Assembly (NCBI GenBank): GCA_004022145.1
Contig: RCNU01000001.1
Reading direction: 5' to 3' (one strand)
Source of the DNA: Paecilomyces variotii
Lineage: Eukaryota
Length of the DNA stretch: 64,000 nt
The notes beneath the pieces were generated by a model. The model did no database searches, was not told the DNA's origin, and was given only the letters and a program-made list of their open reading frames with translations. A program made the position numbers and the translations under genes. Position 1 is the first letter of the stretch, and each line of letters begins with the position of its first letter. Positions 62,667 through 64,000 of this stretch are shown in pieces.

Positions 62667-64000
62667 TGTGAATACTTGGGTCATAGAGCACGAAGAAGCA
62701 AGTGAATAAAGAAGCAATTGGATATGGGCTCGTATCGCTGGTTATAATTGTAATATCACGCGTGTCTCGTCCCTTTTCAGGAAGTCTCAGCTTTCAGACG
62801 CTGAGATGAATGCATCCGCGCTCGAGCATCACCAGGAAAAAAAGGAGGGACTGTGAGCGCGTTAAGCAAGGGTCCTGAATTGGACCCGATAACGTTGGAC
62901 TCGCGATTAAGTTACTGCATCCAGAGGCGTTATTAACGAGGGAAATAGGACAAGCACGACAGGAGAGACAGGCGAACAGGCAAGTCGCATGAAGAGAGGG
63001 AAAGGGAAACAAAGGAACAAGGCACTGGCCCCGTTATTATTATTCCTATCGTCCTTGTTACTATCATCCCGCGACACGGTCCTATCTCCTAGCGGAGCTA
63101 CTGGTCGAGCCCCTGAAAGATGGAGAGTGGTTGTAACTGTGGCTTGGCCAATCTGAGACACCAGTCCTGAGAAATGACAACTCCTTCAGCGAGTTAGTTA
63201 GGCTCCTAGCGGGGATTGCGGGCTCATCATCAACAGCCCTGCGCTTTGGCGGAATCTCCAGCCACCGGTGGTATTTCTGCAAGATTGTTGTTGCGAACAA
63301 CAGGACGCCATAGGCCATGCAGAGACTCTTGCGGACGTTGTTGACACGGGCGGGATGATCCGTTCAAGATTCCACGCCAGTGTTCCAGCCTCTTCTTCAA
63401 GGGCAAAAACACAAAGAATGCAACAGCATAACAAATGCCATCGCTACAGCTAACTAACTAGTTAGCTATTATCCACTTCCCCCACACTCGGGAATTGCTT
63501 AACTGCTCCATCAGGGAAACTAAGTCGAGCAGGCGATCAACTAGGAATCTGCTTCTTACAGTACGCGCTCTTCTGATCTCTCTGCAGTACTGCAATCCGG
63601 GCTTCAACGGTAAAGATTGCCTTCTGGTTGATTGATCTTACGCCTTTTCTGTTTTGCTTCCATTCCTGCTCTCCAGGTGCTATTTATTTATTGCATTAGG
63701 TGTTCTTCGGGGACAACTAACTCACCAAAGTCTGTTGTTTTGCCGCACATACTTAACTAGTGAGCGAGTCTAGATGCGATCTAACTCACGATAAGGAATT
63801 TACGACGGGTCCTTGACTGAGACTGTATATAAACACAGACTTTCTTAGACATTTCCATCGCTCCAACAAACCGCTTTTGTCGTCGAGAAGTCTTTAATAA
63901 AGTTCAATATAGCAGCATTCTTTTTGTTCCATTTCTATTCGCTTCTAATAAGTACCCGCTGGTTTCTCTTCAGCATCAACGGAGAATTCTCGCTGTCAGC

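Overview
Fungal genomic DNA, most likely Eurotiales/Aspergillaceae. The evidence is short GT-AG introns with CTRAY branch sites and proteins resembling Aspergillus PalI and CnxH. About 21 apparently intact genes were reconstructed: YAE1, SCO1, cnxH/MOCS2B, a GH13 alpha-glucosidase, an RBM5/10-like G-patch protein, an AIM11-like protein, a DUF3433-like membrane protein, an MFS transporter divergent from an arylsulfatase, a GH55 glucanase, palI, a HerA/FtsK-like P-loop ATPase, a TOK1 K+ channel, a mucin-like type I membrane protein, a D-2-hydroxyacid dehydrogenase and several hypothetical or small proteins. The intergenic DNA holds a 379-bp TA-flanked Tc1/mariner-pogo-type MITE upstream of cnxH and several decayed genes (malate dehydrogenase, a fungal-specific transcription factor, two unidentified relics). 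The best leads are an AUG-free in-frame N-terminal extension with a GTG in optimal Kozak context (about 14.4 kb), the intron-containing HerA/FtsK-like ATPase, the MITE and the local density of unprocessed pseudogenes. All family calls come from motif recognition by eye, and no database search was run.
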